Of a stretch of 64,000 bases of DNA, positions 40,126-58,373 are shown in pieces. The notes beneath the pieces were generated by a model. The model saw only the letters and a program-made list of their open reading frames with translations. It ran no database searches and was not told the origin of the DNA. The stretch is taken from positions 21,328,001 to 21,392,000 of the forward strand of contig OZ024752.1 of the NCBI GenBank assembly GCA_964016885.1, in the 5' to 3' direction. A program made the position numbers and the translations under genes. The DNA is from Eledone cirrhosa. Its lineage: Eukaryota. Every line of letters starts with the position of its first letter. Position 1 is the first letter of the stretch.

Positions 40126-43100
40126 CAAGTGGCGCTCTCTAAGGTCGGGGAGCCACCCAACTATTGGCCCGGCCATATCAGGTCCGCTCCCGCCCGAAAC
40201 TCTGCTTATTGGGCTGGCGCGGGCCAAAGCAGCCGGGTTGCGTGGCGGCTCTGGTGTTACTTCAAACTCTTAACAATATTTCAAATATATGTTACTATTT
40301 CAAACTCTTAATTCCCGCTCCTTAATATCTACTTCCCCTCCACCACACTCTACAACATGCGGTCAAATCACCACCACCACCCACCCCTCTCTCTCTCGAC
40401 CCAACCCAGATACATATATAAGACAAAGTAATTCACTTTCGCCAAACTTGTGGCTGTAACTTCATTCATTCATGGTTATAATGTAATGTACTCATTTTTC
40501 CACCTCTTCTAACATACGCCTAACTCCATAGTCAGTCCTTCCAACAGCATTTTTTAGTCCTTCCAATAGCATTTTTTTTTCTATCCTCTTTCCATTCCCC
40601 ATGTATTTTCCAAAACAAATCTCTTGTATTTCTGTCATGCTTGTAAAAATACGAAAGTTTTTGACGTATATTTACTAAACAAATCTTGTATTTTTGTTCG
40701 TTAATACGGGGTTCTCACTTAAACCTATCCTTCTCGCTAACAACTCAACACCCCTCCCTCCCGCCCCCACACACCACCATTATTATTACGTGGACCAATC
40801 ATAAGCCAGAGGCCTATACTATCGCTTACCTGGTCGCCTTCGATATGTAGGATGGAAGGACTACGGAGTTCCGGAGAGTTGAAGAGAGAAAAATCTGGAC
40901 GCTCAGCGACAATGCCAAAGTTAAAGACAATCACACCTCGAGGACGAAAAAGCGAGCATGCCTCTTTGTTTCGGCCGCGGATGGCTAACGTAACCCCATC
41001 TCCCCCCGCTCCCCACCTTTCCAACCCCCCAAACGCAATCCAAAACTTCAGATTTGGTACCTTGAATGTAGGCACCTTAAAGGGTCGCTCTAACGAGGTT
41101 GTAGAAATGCTTGAACGTAAGGAGGTCGATGTTTGTTGTATTCAAGAGACCAGGTGGAGGGGTGGATCTGCTAGATACATTGTGGGTAGAAAACGATGCT
41201 ATAAGCTTTTCTGGGTGGGAAACGACAATGGGCTGGGTGGAGTAGGAATCATGGTAGCAGAAAAGTGGGCAGATAAGATAATAGACGTAAATAGAGTGAA
41301 CGACAGAATAATTAAAATAAGACTTGTCCTCAATAGAACTACGGTGACAGTAATATCCGCGTACGCACCCCAATCCGGACTGCCCAGCACTATAAAAGAC
41401 AGATTCTATGAGACACTGATGCTCACTACCTCCCAAATAACCGACAGTGACTATATAATTATTGCAGGCGACCTAAACGGTCACATTGGACAACATTGTG
41501 ACGGCTACGACGAAATCCATGGAGGCTATGGGTTTGGTACTAGAAATGAGGAAGGCTCCAGAATCCTGGAATTCTGCAACGCAAATAACCTAACTATCTG
41601 CAACACTAACTTCAAAAAACGAGACAATCACTTGATCACCTACAGATCAGGGGAACATACTAGCCAGGTAGATTATATCCTTACCAGAAGACGTGACAAA
41701 GTGACTGTCGTAAACACTAAATCCCTCCCCCATGAAGAATGCACTTCCCAACATAGACTGATAATTAGCGACCTAATAGTCAGGACGAGACGTACTAGAC
41801 AACAGAAGAGGACTATCCTCAGGAGAAAAATATGGAAGCTAAAGGACCCCACAGCCAAAAATAAATTCCAAAGCATATTACTTGATGCTTTCGACAGTGA
41901 GGAAGAGCAATTAGAGACGTACAAGGTAGAGGAACAGTGGGAATTCCTGAAAGCAAACCTGCTGACGGCGGCAGACGAAGTCTGTGGCTGGAGCAGGCCT
42001 GTAGGCAGGAGGAGAGTAACATGGTGGTGGAACAGTAAGGTGGAGGGGTCAATTAAAGCCAAAAAGTAGGCTTGGAAAGTATGGCGGGATGGGGGAAGCA
42101 GAGAAGACTATCAAGTGGCCAGGAGGGAAGCTAGGAGACGAGTGTACTTCGCAAGAAGGGAAGCAGAGGAAAGAAAGTTCAAGCATGTTCTACAACATGA
42201 GGACCCAAAACGTGAGGTGTTCAGGATTGCTAGGCAATGTGTCAAGGAAAACAGTGATATTGTCGGGGAGAAGTGTGTACTTAACGATGACGGCATACTT
42301 GCCATCACCGACGCCGATAAGAAGGTAGCTTGGAAGTGTCACTATGAAAGGCTACTAAATGAGGAGAATAAATGGGAGAAAGACAGTCTCCCCCACATCG
42401 ACCCAATAGAGGGACCAGCAGTGCTAGTCGAGGGTAGTATAATAAGAAAGGCAATCAAAGATATGAAGACAGGCAAGGCGGCTGGGCCTTCGGAAATAGT
42501 TGCCGAGATGCTGAAGGCATCTGGTACGGTGGGACACACCATGGTCACCCGGATAGTCAACCAAGTCATACAGAATGGGGTTGTTCCGAAGGACTGGCGC
42601 AGCAGCATTATCGTTAACTGTTATAAGGGTAAAGGAGATGCCCTAGATAGGAGTAACTATAGAGGCATTAAATTAATCGACCAGGTCATGAAGGTCACGG
42701 AAAAAGTAATAGCGCAACTAATCAGAGAGCGAATTGATCTAGATGAAATGCAGTTCGGGTTTGTGTCAGGAAAAAGTACCACAGACGCTCTTTTCATTGT
42801 ACGACAACTACAGGAGAAGTACCTAGCTAAAAGTAAACCCCTATACTTAGCTTTCGTCGACTTGGAGAAGGCCTTCGACAGAGTCCCCCGTTCCATTATC
42901 TGGGGGCTCTTAGAAAACTAGGTGTTGATGAATGGCTTGTGAGAGCTATACAAGCCATGTATAAAGAAACAGTCAGCAAGGTTAGAATTAACAACGAATA
43001 TAGTGAAGAATTTAGCGTAAAAGTTGGTGTTCATCAGAGCTCTGTTCTTAGACCCCTACTATTTATTATTGCCCTCCAGGCTATAACAGTGGAGTTCAAG

Positions 43101-44471
43101 ACCGGCTGCCCATGGGAACTCCTATACGCAGATGATCTAACGCTCATAATTGAATCAATGGCCGAGCTAGAGAAGAAATTCCAAACATGGAAGCATGGCC
43201 TAGAATCAAAAGGCCTTAAAATTAACCTGGCTAAGACTAAAGTTCTAGTTTGTAAGAAAGAAAATAAGGCGGCGGTCCCCTCCGGGAAGTGGCCATGCGC
43301 AGAGTGTAGGAAAGGCGTAGGTAGAAATTCCATTTTGTGTCCCAAATGCAAAGTTTGGGTGCATAAAAGATGTAGTGGGATCACAGGTAAGCTAACTAAG
43401 AACATAGATTTTACATGTGGCCGGTGTTCTGGGGCAATAAGTAGCAGCAAGTGCCCACAAAATACTAGCTCTTTCAACTGTGCAGAGGGTTCTATAGAAA
43501 TAGTGGACAGCTTCCGTTACCTGGGTGACAAAATCAGCAGTGGGGGAGGGTGCTCTGAAAGTACAGTAGCTAGAGTCAGAACTGGGTGGAAAAAGTTCAG
43601 AGAGCTTATACCACTATTAGCCGCTAAAGGGTTCTCCCTAAAAATGAAAGGCAGGCTGTACAATGCCTGCATACGAACAGCAATGTTGCATGGCAGTGAG
43701 ACCTGGGCATTGTGTGCAGAGGATATACGCAGACTAGAGAGAAACGAAGCTTGCATGCTCCGCTGGATGTGTAATAGTAATATACGTGAACGACAAAGCA
43801 TAAACGAACTAAGGAAAAAATTAGAAATAAGAGGGATCAGATGTTGTTTACTAGAGAGAAGGCTACGTTGGTATGGTCACGTGATGCGCATGAAGGACGA
43901 TAGCTGTATAACAAAGTGCAGGGCAATAAAGATAGACGGTAGCCACGGAATAGGCAGACCCAGAAAAACCTGGGACGAGCTGATAAACTCTGACCTCACA
44001 CACTTACACCTCTACAAGACAATGTCACTGGACCGAGAACTTTGGCGGTACTCGGTAATAGAGAAGACCCGCCTTACCTAAATACAAAGTGAAACCTACT
44101 ACAGTCAGTAGGCATCTCTAACAAAATACACCCCGTCCCACCACCCCCACCCCATCCACACCGCCCCCTTCTATGTAAAGTTATGTTGGTGCCACACCAT
44201 CCAGGCTGAAACAAATGAGATCGTGTAGGTGTCACGACAAAAAAACACACAGTCCACGCTGTAATGTGGCCGTGTAGGCAACACGGTAAAAACCTCCCAG
44301 ACCCACACTGTAAATGTGGTTGGTGTTAGGAAGGGCATCCAACTGTAGAAAACCTGCCAGACAGTCCTATGCGAGCAAGACAATCACTCTTGCCTCAAGT
44401 GGGAAAACCCCCGTCCAAACCCATGCAAGCGTGGAACACGGACGTTAAACGTTGATGATGATGATGATGAT
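40126..44471 (+). mobile_element. RTE family A, apparently full length, with GC-rich 5' end
   Basis: ORF 40852-44081 is broken by TAG (42067-42069) and a frameshift (~42903). (GAT)n tail. Confidence 0.93.
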
Positions 44472-44501
44472 ATATATGATATATATATATATATATATAT
44501 A

Positions 44502-44542
<41 letters not shown>

Positions 44543-44725
44543 ATATATATATACATATATATATATGATATATATATATATAATATATATATATGATATA
44601 TATATATATATATATCATATATATATATATATATATATATCATATATATATATGTATATATATATCACATATATATATACATATATATAATGTGAGAAAA
44701 ACCACAGACCCTCCATCTCAACTCA

Positions 44726-44763
44726 CCTTTTGAAAAGCAGAAGAACTGCGAAACCGGTAAAGG
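44726..44763 (+). ncRNA. Minimal hammerhead with U3-A8 core
   Basis: CCTT-TTGAAAA-GCAG-AAGAA-CTGC-GAAA-CCGG-TA-AAGG, inside a ~210-bp insert (44691-44901). Confidence 0.7.
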
Positions 44764-44907
44764 AACCAAATAAATATATATATTTTTTTTAAAAATAAGA
44801 CTTCAGTTGCATTTTCGATTTCATCTCTTTTTCTTAATACTTTCACTCGTGTAGGACACCTCGGTTATTTTTCATTTTGTAAAAAAAACCTCACTTTCTA
44901 ATATATA

Positions 44908-44947
<40 letters not shown>

Positions 44948-44966
44948 TATATATGTATATATATAT

Positions 44967-45017
<51 letters not shown>

Positions 45018-45063
45018 CATATATATATATATATATATATATCATATATATGTATATATATAT

Positions 45064-45116
<53 letters not shown>

Positions 45117-45139
45117 CATATATATATATGTATATATAT

Positions 45140-45224
<85 letters not shown>

Positions 45225-45262
45225 ATCAGAGCAAACATCACGGACGCTCTATCTCAAAATTA

Positions 45263-45298
45263 TTTTTGAAAAGCATTAGAAATGCGCAACCGGTAAAA
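45263..45298 (+). ncRNA. Related U3-A8 hammerhead, GAAA decayed to GCAA
   Basis: TTT-TTGAAAA-GCATT-AGA-AATGC-GCAA-CCGG-TA-AAA, inside insert 45223-45410. Confidence 0.5.
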
Positions 45299-45427
45299 CT
45301 TAAAACCAAAACTTAATACTAACCAATACTATTACTAATTATCAGTTATTCCTAATTAAACTATTTTTCACTGTGAACAATTTGTCAGCATTTTCTATTC
45401 CGTTTACCAATATATATATATATATAT

Positions 45428-45470
<43 letters not shown>

Positions 45471-45538
45471 TATATATATATATATATATATCATATATAT
45501 ATATATATATATATCATATATCATATATATATATATAT

Positions 45539-45583
<45 letters not shown>

Positions 45584-45687
45584 TATATATATATATATAT
45601 ATCATATATATATATATATCATATATATATATATATATATCATATATATATATATATATATCATATATATATATATATATATATATC

Positions 45688-45757
<70 letters not shown>

Positions 45758-45780
45758 TATATATATATATATATATATAT

Positions 45781-45819
<39 letters not shown>

Positions 45820-45836
45820 TATATATATATATATAT

Positions 45837-45916
<80 letters not shown>

Positions 45917-45925
45917 CATATATAT

Positions 45926-47369
45926 ATCATCATCATCATCATCATCACCGTTTTACGTCCGTTCTTCCACGCTAGCATGGGTTAGACGGGTTGTCCTGTT
46001 GTGGGCAGTGTCTGGTCGGCTGACCATGCCTTGCTCATACAGGAACTGATCTGGCTTGATTTCTACAGCTGGATGCCCTTCCTAACACCAACCTCATTTA
46101 CAGTGAGTGCTGGGTGCTTTTTCGTGGCGCCTACACGTCCACTTTACAGTGTGGGCTGGGTGCTTTTTTGCCGTGGCACCTCCACGACCACCTTGCGGTG
46201 GGGGGGGGGGGGCATATTGTTTATATGCTTCAGCATGTACCCATGGGAGGTCGGGTACCCTGTATTACTGCGTGGCGCCAGAAGTCACGGTCGTGTGTCA
46301 TTGACTTTGAGAGGTGTAGTTGGGTAAGGTCGGCTTTTATCACCTCATCCCAAGTCATCTTGGGTCTCCCCACTCCGCGGTTTCCATCAACTTCTAGTGC
46401 TCTGCACCTTTTTATGCAGCTGTCATCCTTCATACGCATCACATGTCCATACCAGCGTAACCGCCTCTCCTGCACGCAGCATTTGATTCCTCTTATGCTC
46501 AGTCTCTCTCTCAATTCATTTATGCTTTGTCGTTCACGTATATTACTGTTACACATCCATCGGAGCATGCAGGCTTCGTTTCTCTCTAATCTACGTAAGT
46601 CTTCCACCTTCAGCGCCCAGGTCTCACTACCATGCAACATCGCTGTTCGGATACACGCATCATACAGTCTGCCTTTCATTCTGAGGGAGAAGCCTTTTGC
46701 AGCTAGCAGTGGTAGTAGTTCCCTAAACTTCTTCCATCCCGTTCTTACCCTAGTTATTGTACTTTCTGAGCACCCACCTCCGTTGCTAATTCGGTCACCT
46801 AGGTAGCAGAAGCTGTCTACTGTTTCTACAGGGCCCTCCCAGAGATTGGTGGTACTTGTTTCCTGTGGCTGTTTGCTTGCTGTTTCAGCACAGCTGCTGC
46901 ATGTGAATCCTACATTCTTAATTAAGCTTCCTGAGATCCCGCTACATCTCTTGTGTACCCATTGTTTGCATTTGGGGCAAAGAATGGAGTTCCTACCTAC
47001 ACCTTTCCTACATACTGAGCAAGGCCATTTCCCTGAGGGGATCTGGGTTCTGTTTTCTCGTCTACTTATAAGGACCTTAGTCTTTGTCATGTTGACTTTG
47101 AGGCCCTTTCTCTCTAGTCCCTGCTTCCAGGTTTGGAATTTATTCTCTAGTTCTACCATAGATTCAGCTATGAGTGCGAGGTCATCAGCATACAGGAGTT
47201 CCCATGGGCATCCGGTCTTAAACTCCTCCGTTATTGCCTGCAGGACTATGATGAACAGGAGAGGGCTAAGAACAGAGCCCTGGTGGACCCCAACCTGTAC
47301 GCTAAATTCCTCGCTATACTCATTGCCAATCCTAACTTTGCTGACTGCTCCCCTATACATAGCTTGTAT
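45926..47369 (-). mobile_element. RTE family B, 5'-truncated
   Basis: Open RT C-terminal half (46230-47360), distinct 3' UTR, (ATC)n tail. Confidence 0.92.
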
Positions 47370-47390
47370 GATATATATATATATATATAT

Positions 47391-47427
<37 letters not shown>

Positions 47428-47450
47428 TATATATCATATATATATATATA

Positions 47451-47545
47451 TATTCATTAGTTAAGCAAAACAAGACCACAAATTTCAAAAGGTAGACATT
47501 ATTAAAAGATTGTCAACATATTTAGTTTGATGTAAGGAATGTAGA

Positions 47546-47592
<47 letters not shown>

Positions 47593-48000
47593 TTTTTTAA
47601 ATATGTTAATTATTTTCAACTGAACCAGATCAATTATGATATATAGTCATCTGATCCAGAAATATTATACGGAGTAGCGAAACAATGGTAAACGGGCATT
47701 ATTTTTATTAATATTATTATTATTATTCTCTACATTCCTTACATCAAACTAAAATATGTTGACAATCTTTTAATAATGTCTTCCTTGTGAAATTTGTGGT
47801 CTTGCTTTACTTAACTAATGAATATATCCAGCTCTGTGCGCCTAACTTCTGCATGAACCCAGTCACCTAGCTGCTTTCTACTGCATATTGCACATTGAGC
47901 ACATGCCTTTATGCTTTGGCTTCTAACTAACTCACCAATCTTTCCTCTCATATCTCCTCTACTATCTCAATCTCTCTCTTTAAGATTGGTTACTCTTGAA

Positions 48001-48004
<4 letters not shown>
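47451..48004 (+). mobile_element. Mini fold-back PLE (arm 47451-~47560 versus ~47715-47826, then tail), family of 29941-30457
   Basis: Inverted repeat plus the 3' half of an HHR (GC-GAAA-CAATGG-TA-AAC). (AAT)n expansion at the junction. Confidence 0.65.
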
Positions 48005-48040
<36 letters not shown>

Positions 48041-48367
48041 TATATATATATATATATCATATATATCATATATATATCATATATATATATATATATATAT
48101 ATATCATATATATCATATATATTTATATATATCATAAATATCATATATATATATATATCATATATCGTATATATATATATATATCATATATATCATATAT
48201 ATATATATATATATCATATATATATATATCATATATATCATATATATATATATACATCATATATATCATATATATATATATATACATCATATATATCATA
48301 TATATATATATATCATATATATCATATATATATATATATCATATATATCATATATATATATATATAT

Positions 48368-49508
48368 ATGTCCTAAATGCAAAGTATGGGTGCATAAAAG
48401 ATGTAGTGGGATCACAGGTAAGCTAACTAAGAACATAGATTTTACATGTGGCCGGTGTTCTGGTGCAATAAGTAGCAGCAAGTGCCCACAAAATACTAGC
48501 TCTTTCAATTGCGCAGAGGGTTCTATAGAAATAGTGGACAGCTTCCGTTACCTGGGCGATAAAATTAGCAGTGGGGGAGGGTGCCCTGAAAGTACTGTAG
48601 CTAGAGTCAGAACTGGTTGGAAAAAGTTCAGAGAGCTTATACCACTATTAGCTGCTAAAGGGTTCTCCCTAAAAATGAAAGGCAGGTTGTACGATGCCTG
48701 CATACGAACAGCAATGTTGCATGGCAGTGAGACCTGGGCATGGTGTGCAGAGGATATACGCAGACTAGAGAGGAACGAAGCTTGCATGCTCCGCTGGATG
48801 TGTAACAGTAATATACGTGAACGGCAAAGCATAAACGAACTAAGGAAAAAATTAGAGATAAGAGGGATCAGATGTTGTTTACTCGAGAGAAGGCTACGTT
48901 GGTATGGACACGTGATGCGCATGAAAGTCGATAGCTGTATAACAAAGTGCAGGGCAATAAAGATAGACGGTAGTCACGGAATAGGCAGACCTAGTAAAAC
49001 CTGGGACGAGCTGATAAACTCCGACATCACACACTTACACCTCTCCAAGACAATGTCACTGGACCGAGGCCTTTGGCGGTACTCAGTAACAGAGAAGACC
49101 CGCCTTACCTAAATATATAGTAAAACCTACTCCAGCCAGTAGGCATCTCTAACAAAATACACCCCGTCCCACCACCACCACCCCCACCCCATCCACACCA
49201 CCCCGTTCTATGTAAAGTTATGTTGGTGCCGCGCCATCGAGGCCGAAACAAATGAGATCGTGTAGGTGTCACGACAAAAAAACACACAGTCCACGCTGTA
49301 ATGTGGCCGTGTAGGCAACACGGTAAAAACCTCCCAGACCCAGACTGTAAATGTGGTTGGTGTAAGGAAGGGCATCCAACTGTAGAAAACCTGCCAGACA
49401 GTCCTATGCGAGCAAGACAATCACTCTTGCCTCAAGTGGGACTACCCCCGTCCAAACCCATACAAGCGTGGAACACGGACGTTAAACGTTGATGATGATG
49501 ATGATGAT
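48368..49508 (+). mobile_element. RTE family A, 5'-truncated
   Basis: ORF 48390-49112, 3' UTR, (GAT)n tail. Confidence 0.92.
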
Positions 49509-52437
<2,929 letters not shown>

Positions 52438-54959
52438 ATCATCATCATCATCATCATCATCATCACCGTTTTACGTCCGTTCTTCCACACTAGCATGGGT
52501 TAGACGGGTTGTCCTGTTGTGGGCAGTGTCTGGTCGGCTGACCATGCCTTGCTCATACAGGAACTGATCTGGCTTGATTTCTACAGCTGCATGCCCTTCC
52601 TAACACCAACCTCATTTACAGTGAGTGCTGGGTGCTTTTTCGTGGCGCCTACACGTCCACTTTACAGTGTGGGCTGGGTGCTTTTTTGCCGTGGCACCTC
52701 CACGACCACCTTGCGGTGGGGGGGGGGGGGCATATTGTTTATATGCTTCAGCATGTACACATGGGAGGTCGGGTACCCTGTATTACTGCGTGACGCCAGA
52801 AGTCACGGTCGTGTGTCATTGACTTTGAGAGGTGTAGTTGGGTAAGGTCGGCTTTTATCACCTCATCCCAAGTCATCTTGGGTCTCCCCACTCCGCGGTT
52901 TCCATCAACTTCTAGTGCTCTGCACCTTTTTATGCAGCTGTCATCCTTCATACGCATCACATGTCCATACCAGCGTAACAGCCTCTCCTGCACGCAGCAT
53001 TTGATTCCTCTTATGCTCAGTCTCTCTCTCAATTCCTTTATGCTTTGTCGTTCACGTATATTACTGTTACACATCCATCGGAGCATGCAGGCTTCGTTTC
53101 TCTCTAATCTACGTAAGTCTTCCACCTTCAGCGCCCAGGTCTCACTACCATGCAACATCGCTGTTCGGATACACGCATCATACAGTCTGCCTTTCATTCT
53201 GAGGGAGAAGCCTTTTGCAGCTAGCAGTGGTAGTAGTTCCCTAAACTTCTTCCATCCCGTTCTTACCCTAGTTATTGTACTTTCTGAGCACCCACCTCCG
53301 TTGCTAATTCGGTCACCTAGGTAGCAGAAGCTGTCTACTGTTTCTACAGGGCCCTCCCAGAGATTGGTGGTACTTGTTTCCTGTGGCTGTTTGCTTGCTG
53401 TTTCAGCACAGCTGCTGCATGTGAATCCTACATTCTTAATTAAGCTTCCTGAGATCCCGCTACATCTCTTGTGTACCCATTGTTTGCATTTGGGGCAGAG
53501 AATGGAGTTCCTACCTACACCTTTCCTACATACTGAGCAAGGCCATTTCCCTGAGGGGATCTGGGTTCTGTTTTCTCGTCTACTTATAAGGACCTTAGTC
53601 TTTGTCATGTTGACTTTGAGGCCCTTAATCTCTAGTCCCTGCTTCCAGGTTTGGAATTTATTCTCTAGTTCTACCATAGATTCAGCTATGAGTGCGAGGT
53701 CATCAGCATACAGGAGTTCCCATGGGCATCCGGTCTTAAACTCCTCCATTATTGCCTGCAGGACTATGATGAACAGGAGAGGGCTAAGAACAGAGCCCTG
53801 GTGGACCCCAACCTGTACGCTAAATTCCTCGCTATACTCATTGCCAATCCTAACTTTGCTGACTGCTCCCCTATACATGGCTTGTACCGCTTTCACAAGC
53901 CATTCATCTACTCCTAGTTTTCTAAGAGCCCACCAGATTACTGCACGTGGAACTCTGTCAAAGGCTTTCTCAAGGTCGACAAATGCCAAGTAGAGTGGCT
54001 TACTTTTAGCTAGGTACTTTTCCTGTAATTGCCTCACAAGGAAGAGGGCATCAGTGGTGCCTTTCCCTGGTACAAACCCAAATTGCATCTCGTCTATATT
54101 CACCCGGTCCCTAATCAGCTGTGCTATAACTCTTTCTGTTACTTTCATGACCTGGTCCATCAACTTTATACCTCTATAGTTTCCTCTATCTAGTGCATCG
54201 CCTTTACCTTTGTAGCAGTTGACAATGATGCTACTGCACCAATCTTTTGGTATGGCCCCCTCTAGTATTACCTGGTTAACGATACGTGTGGTTATAGTGT
54301 GACCTACAGACCCAGATGCCTTCAGCATCTCGGCAGCTATACCCGATGGACCGGTTGCCTTCCCTATCTTCATATCTCTGATTGCCTTACTTACTACGCT
54401 GCCGCTGACTTGTACTGCTGGTCCCTCTATAGGGTCTACGTGGGGTAGGGTCTCTTCTTCCCATGCATTCTCCTCATTTAGTAATCTATCATAATGACTC
54501 TTCCATGCATCTTTCTTCTCAGCACTTGTGAGGGCAAGCTCACCTTTATCATTCCGGATACACTTCTCTCCAATGACATCACAACTATCTCTGACACACT
54601 GCCTCGCAATCTTGAATTCCTCCTGTTTCTGGTCCTCACGTTGTAAAACATGCTTGAATTTTCTATCCTCTGCTTCCCTCCTAGCTAAGTATACTTGTCG
54701 CCTAGCTTCCCTCTTGGTCTCTATGTAATGTACCCTGCTCCCCCCGTTCTTCCATTCTTTCCATGCCTGTCTCTTGGCCTTGACTGCTTCATCTACCTTA
54801 TTGTTCCACCACCAAGTCATTCTCCTCCTGCTTGAGGTCTTACTCCAGCCACAAACCTCATCCGTCGCCTCTAGTAAGTTATTTTTTAGGAACTCCCAGT
54901 TCTCTTCTACGTTAAATGTCTCTATCTGTTCTTCTTTACTGTCGTAGGCGTTGAGTAAT

Positions 54960-54960
<1 letters not shown>
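52438..54960 (-). mobile_element. RTE family B, 5'-truncated, uninterrupted RT ORF (52748-~54960)
   Basis: Full RT and PHD-like finger, no APE. Nearly identical to 45926-47369. Confidence 0.93.
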
Positions 54961-54990
<30 letters not shown>

Positions 54991-55088
54991 CATATATATA
55001 TATATATATATATATCATATATATATATATATATATATATCATATATATATCATATATATATATATATATATATCATATATATATCAT

Positions 55089-55174
55089 ATCATCATCATC
55101 ATCATCATTTCATTTTACGTCCACTTTTTCCCTGCTTGCAAGGGTGGGACGGGAAATAATTCTGGCTTGATTTC
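55089..55174 (-). mobile_element. 3' end of an RTE-tailed SINE, cut by the gap
   Basis: Reverse complement of ~3251-3335. Confidence 0.75.
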
Positions 55175-55374
55175 NNNNNNNNNNNNNNNNNNNNNNNNNN
55201 NNNNNNNNNNNNNNNNNNNNNNNNNNNNNNNNNNNNNNNNNNNNNNNNNNNNNNNNNNNNNNNNNNNNNNNNNNNNNNNNNNNNNNNNNNNNNNNNNNNN
55301 NNNNNNNNNNNNNNNNNNNNNNNNNNNNNNNNNNNNNNNNNNNNNNNNNNNNNNNNNNNNNNNNNNNNNNNNNN
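55175..55374. other. Assembly gap (200 N)
   Basis: Run of N. Confidence 0.99.
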
Positions 55375-56578
55375 ACGCACTGACTTGTTTTCTCTCTGCT
55401 TGCATAAAATCCACAGAACATTCCATAAAGTATACAGCTAATATCTAATACTTTACCAATTTAAAATTTCTCAAAGGCACATATATATATATACATATAT
55501 ATTTTTCTTTAAAAATATACCCATCTTTCTACCTTATTTCAATGTTATTTATTATACATTATATAATACTAGTTACTCATTCTATATCACTCCTATTTAT
55601 CACTTCCCTTTCTTTCTTTTTTTCTTTTTCTTTTAATTTCTAACCTCTAATCTGTACCTTTTCTTCCTAGATACTTCTCAATTCTCATTATTACCCACCA
55701 CAATATATTCTTACTTCATAATATCACCTTGAAAAAATCCTTCGTAAACATAAACATTTTTTTGACGTTAGATTATTCATCCTCAATTCATTATTTTTTT
55801 TCTCCCTTTCATGCTCATCTAACTTATACATATTACACTTATTCATCCACTCTTCTACTTCTTTTCACAATATATCCTTAATTACATTACTATTGTTATA
55901 TTTTTATATTTTTTAATAATACATATCAACAATTTCTTTCCATCGCACATATTATTAAACCATTAAATATTATTCTTAATACATATTAACAATTTCTTTT
56001 CATCGCACATATTATTAACCCCTTCAATATACAAACCTTAATTTAACATTATTCTAATATTTTTCTCTTCGTTAATTTTCAAATTCTTTTAATTTATATA
56101 TTATCTTCCAACGGTTTTTTTAACCTCTCTATGTAAAACAATATATTTTTCTGTTATAAATGCTATCTCTCTCTCTCTATCACCCATCTCTCCTCCTATC
56201 TCATCCTTCCTCATTATACTCCTCCCCCTCCACTTTTTACTCTCATTTCCTCCTCTTTTTCACCACCACCCCCTCAATTTTTTTCCTAATATCACACATC
56301 AATCTAAAACTACTTTTCATATGTTGATTTAAAACTGCACTATTCACAAGTGTGTTTTAACCTTCATATCATGTGTCCCTATTTTATCTGACGAAAACGC
56401 AAATGTTATTGCATGATGATATTTGCTTTTGAAATGCGCATAATAAAATACATGGAACTCTTTTAACCATCTTTTGATCTTATATATTATTTATACTCCA
56501 GTCCTACAAACTGTAGAGTGCTACTTATCCGATATCTGCATTGCTTTATTGTACTACAATAAAACTCACCTCCTACAT
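55375..56578 (+). mobile_element. PLE (Naiad-like) 3' end: last codons, long UTR and HHR
   Basis: 55376-55441 reads RTDLFSLCLHKIHRTFHKVYS*, which parallels RQELIISCNHKLRKTFKYY. Confidence 0.7.
56381..56449 (+). ncRNA. Hammerhead ribozyme
   Basis: ATTTTAT-CTGACGA-AAA.GCAAATGTTATT..GATGATATTTGC.TTT-GAAA-TGCGCA-TA-ATAAAAT. Confidence 0.8.
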
Positions 56579-56947
56579 TATATATATATCATATATATAT
56601 ATATCATATATATATATCATATATATATATCATATATATATATATATATATATCTCATATATATATATATATATCATATATATATATATATATATCTCAT
56701 ATATATATATATCTCATATATATATATATATATCTCATATATATATATATATCTCATATATATATATATATAATATATATCATATATATATATATATATA
56801 TAATCATATATATATATATATATAATCATATATATATATAATCATAAATATATATAATCATATATATATATAATCATAAATATATATAATCATATATATA
56901 TATATATAATCATATATATATATAATCATATATATATATATATAATC

Positions 56948-57010
<63 letters not shown>

Positions 57011-57032
57011 CATATATATATATAATCATATA

Positions 57033-57089
<57 letters not shown>

Positions 57090-57524
57090 CATATATATAT
57101 ATCATATATATATATATATCATATATATATATATATCATATATATATATATCATATATATATATATATCATATATATATATATATCATATATATATATAT
57201 ATCATATATATATATATATCATATATATATATATATCATATATATATATATATCATATATATATATATATCATATATATATATATATCATATATATATAT
57301 ATATCATATATATATATATATCATATATATATATATATCATATATATATATATATCATATATATATATATATCATATATATATATCATATATATATATAT
57401 CATATATATATATATATCATATATCATATATATATCATATATCATATATATCATATATATATATATATCATATATCATATATATATCATATATCATATAT
57501 ATCATATATATATATATATCATAT

Positions 57525-58342
57525 ATAAATTAATAAAATAATGAATAAACAAAGAAACAGTTCCTTATATTAAAAAATTCATCATTTTACGATCGTTTCT
57601 AGGATATATATGTGTTAGAGTTGGTATGCATATTCTATAGATCTATGTACAATATTTATACAAACTATCAGAGGGAATATACATACCTACACATATATAT
57701 GCTGTCTTCAGAAATAATGATATTTGTTTATTGAAAAAAACAAAGATTCAATACAATAGGTCTGTTTGGGAACAGGTTTTGAATTGAGCAATAGAGAGAT
57801 AGTGAGGGTCAAGATAGTAATATAGTAGTAGAAGAACCTTAAATTATGGGTAGAGGAAGGTAGATTTCAGTTTTGGATGGAAAAGAATATTATGAATGAA
57901 GGATTATTTTAGGGAAGAAAATAGGTCGTATGCTGACCTCAGAAATAATTTTATTTGTTCATTGAATAAAACCAACAAAGATCTAATATATTCTGTCTGT
58001 TTGGTAAGAGGTTTAGAATTAACCAATAGAAAGTTAATAATTGGCCAAATGGTAAAATAGTAGTAATTGAAGCTTATTTTAGGGGTGAAAATAGGTCAGG
58101 TCAGTAAAAGGTATACAAGCAGTTGCTGTTATAAAATAGTAATGCCAATGCAAATATCTAAGGAGACTAAAGTTTTACGATAAGAGTGTTAGTGAAAAAA
58201 ATACATCTATGAAAAGAATATAAATTAATTTAATTGATGGGTATATTTATATTGATAAAATTATAGTAATACATATAGAAATGATAAATAAGAGTTAGAT
58301 GCAGTTGAAAAGTGCTGTTAATGATGAGGGGAAATTAAAAGA

Positions 58343-58373
<31 letters not shown>

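Noticed and set aside
46114-47460. ORFs antisense to RTE and PLE ORFs
   Set aside because: Shadow frames that recur only because the elements are repeated; no independent motifs.
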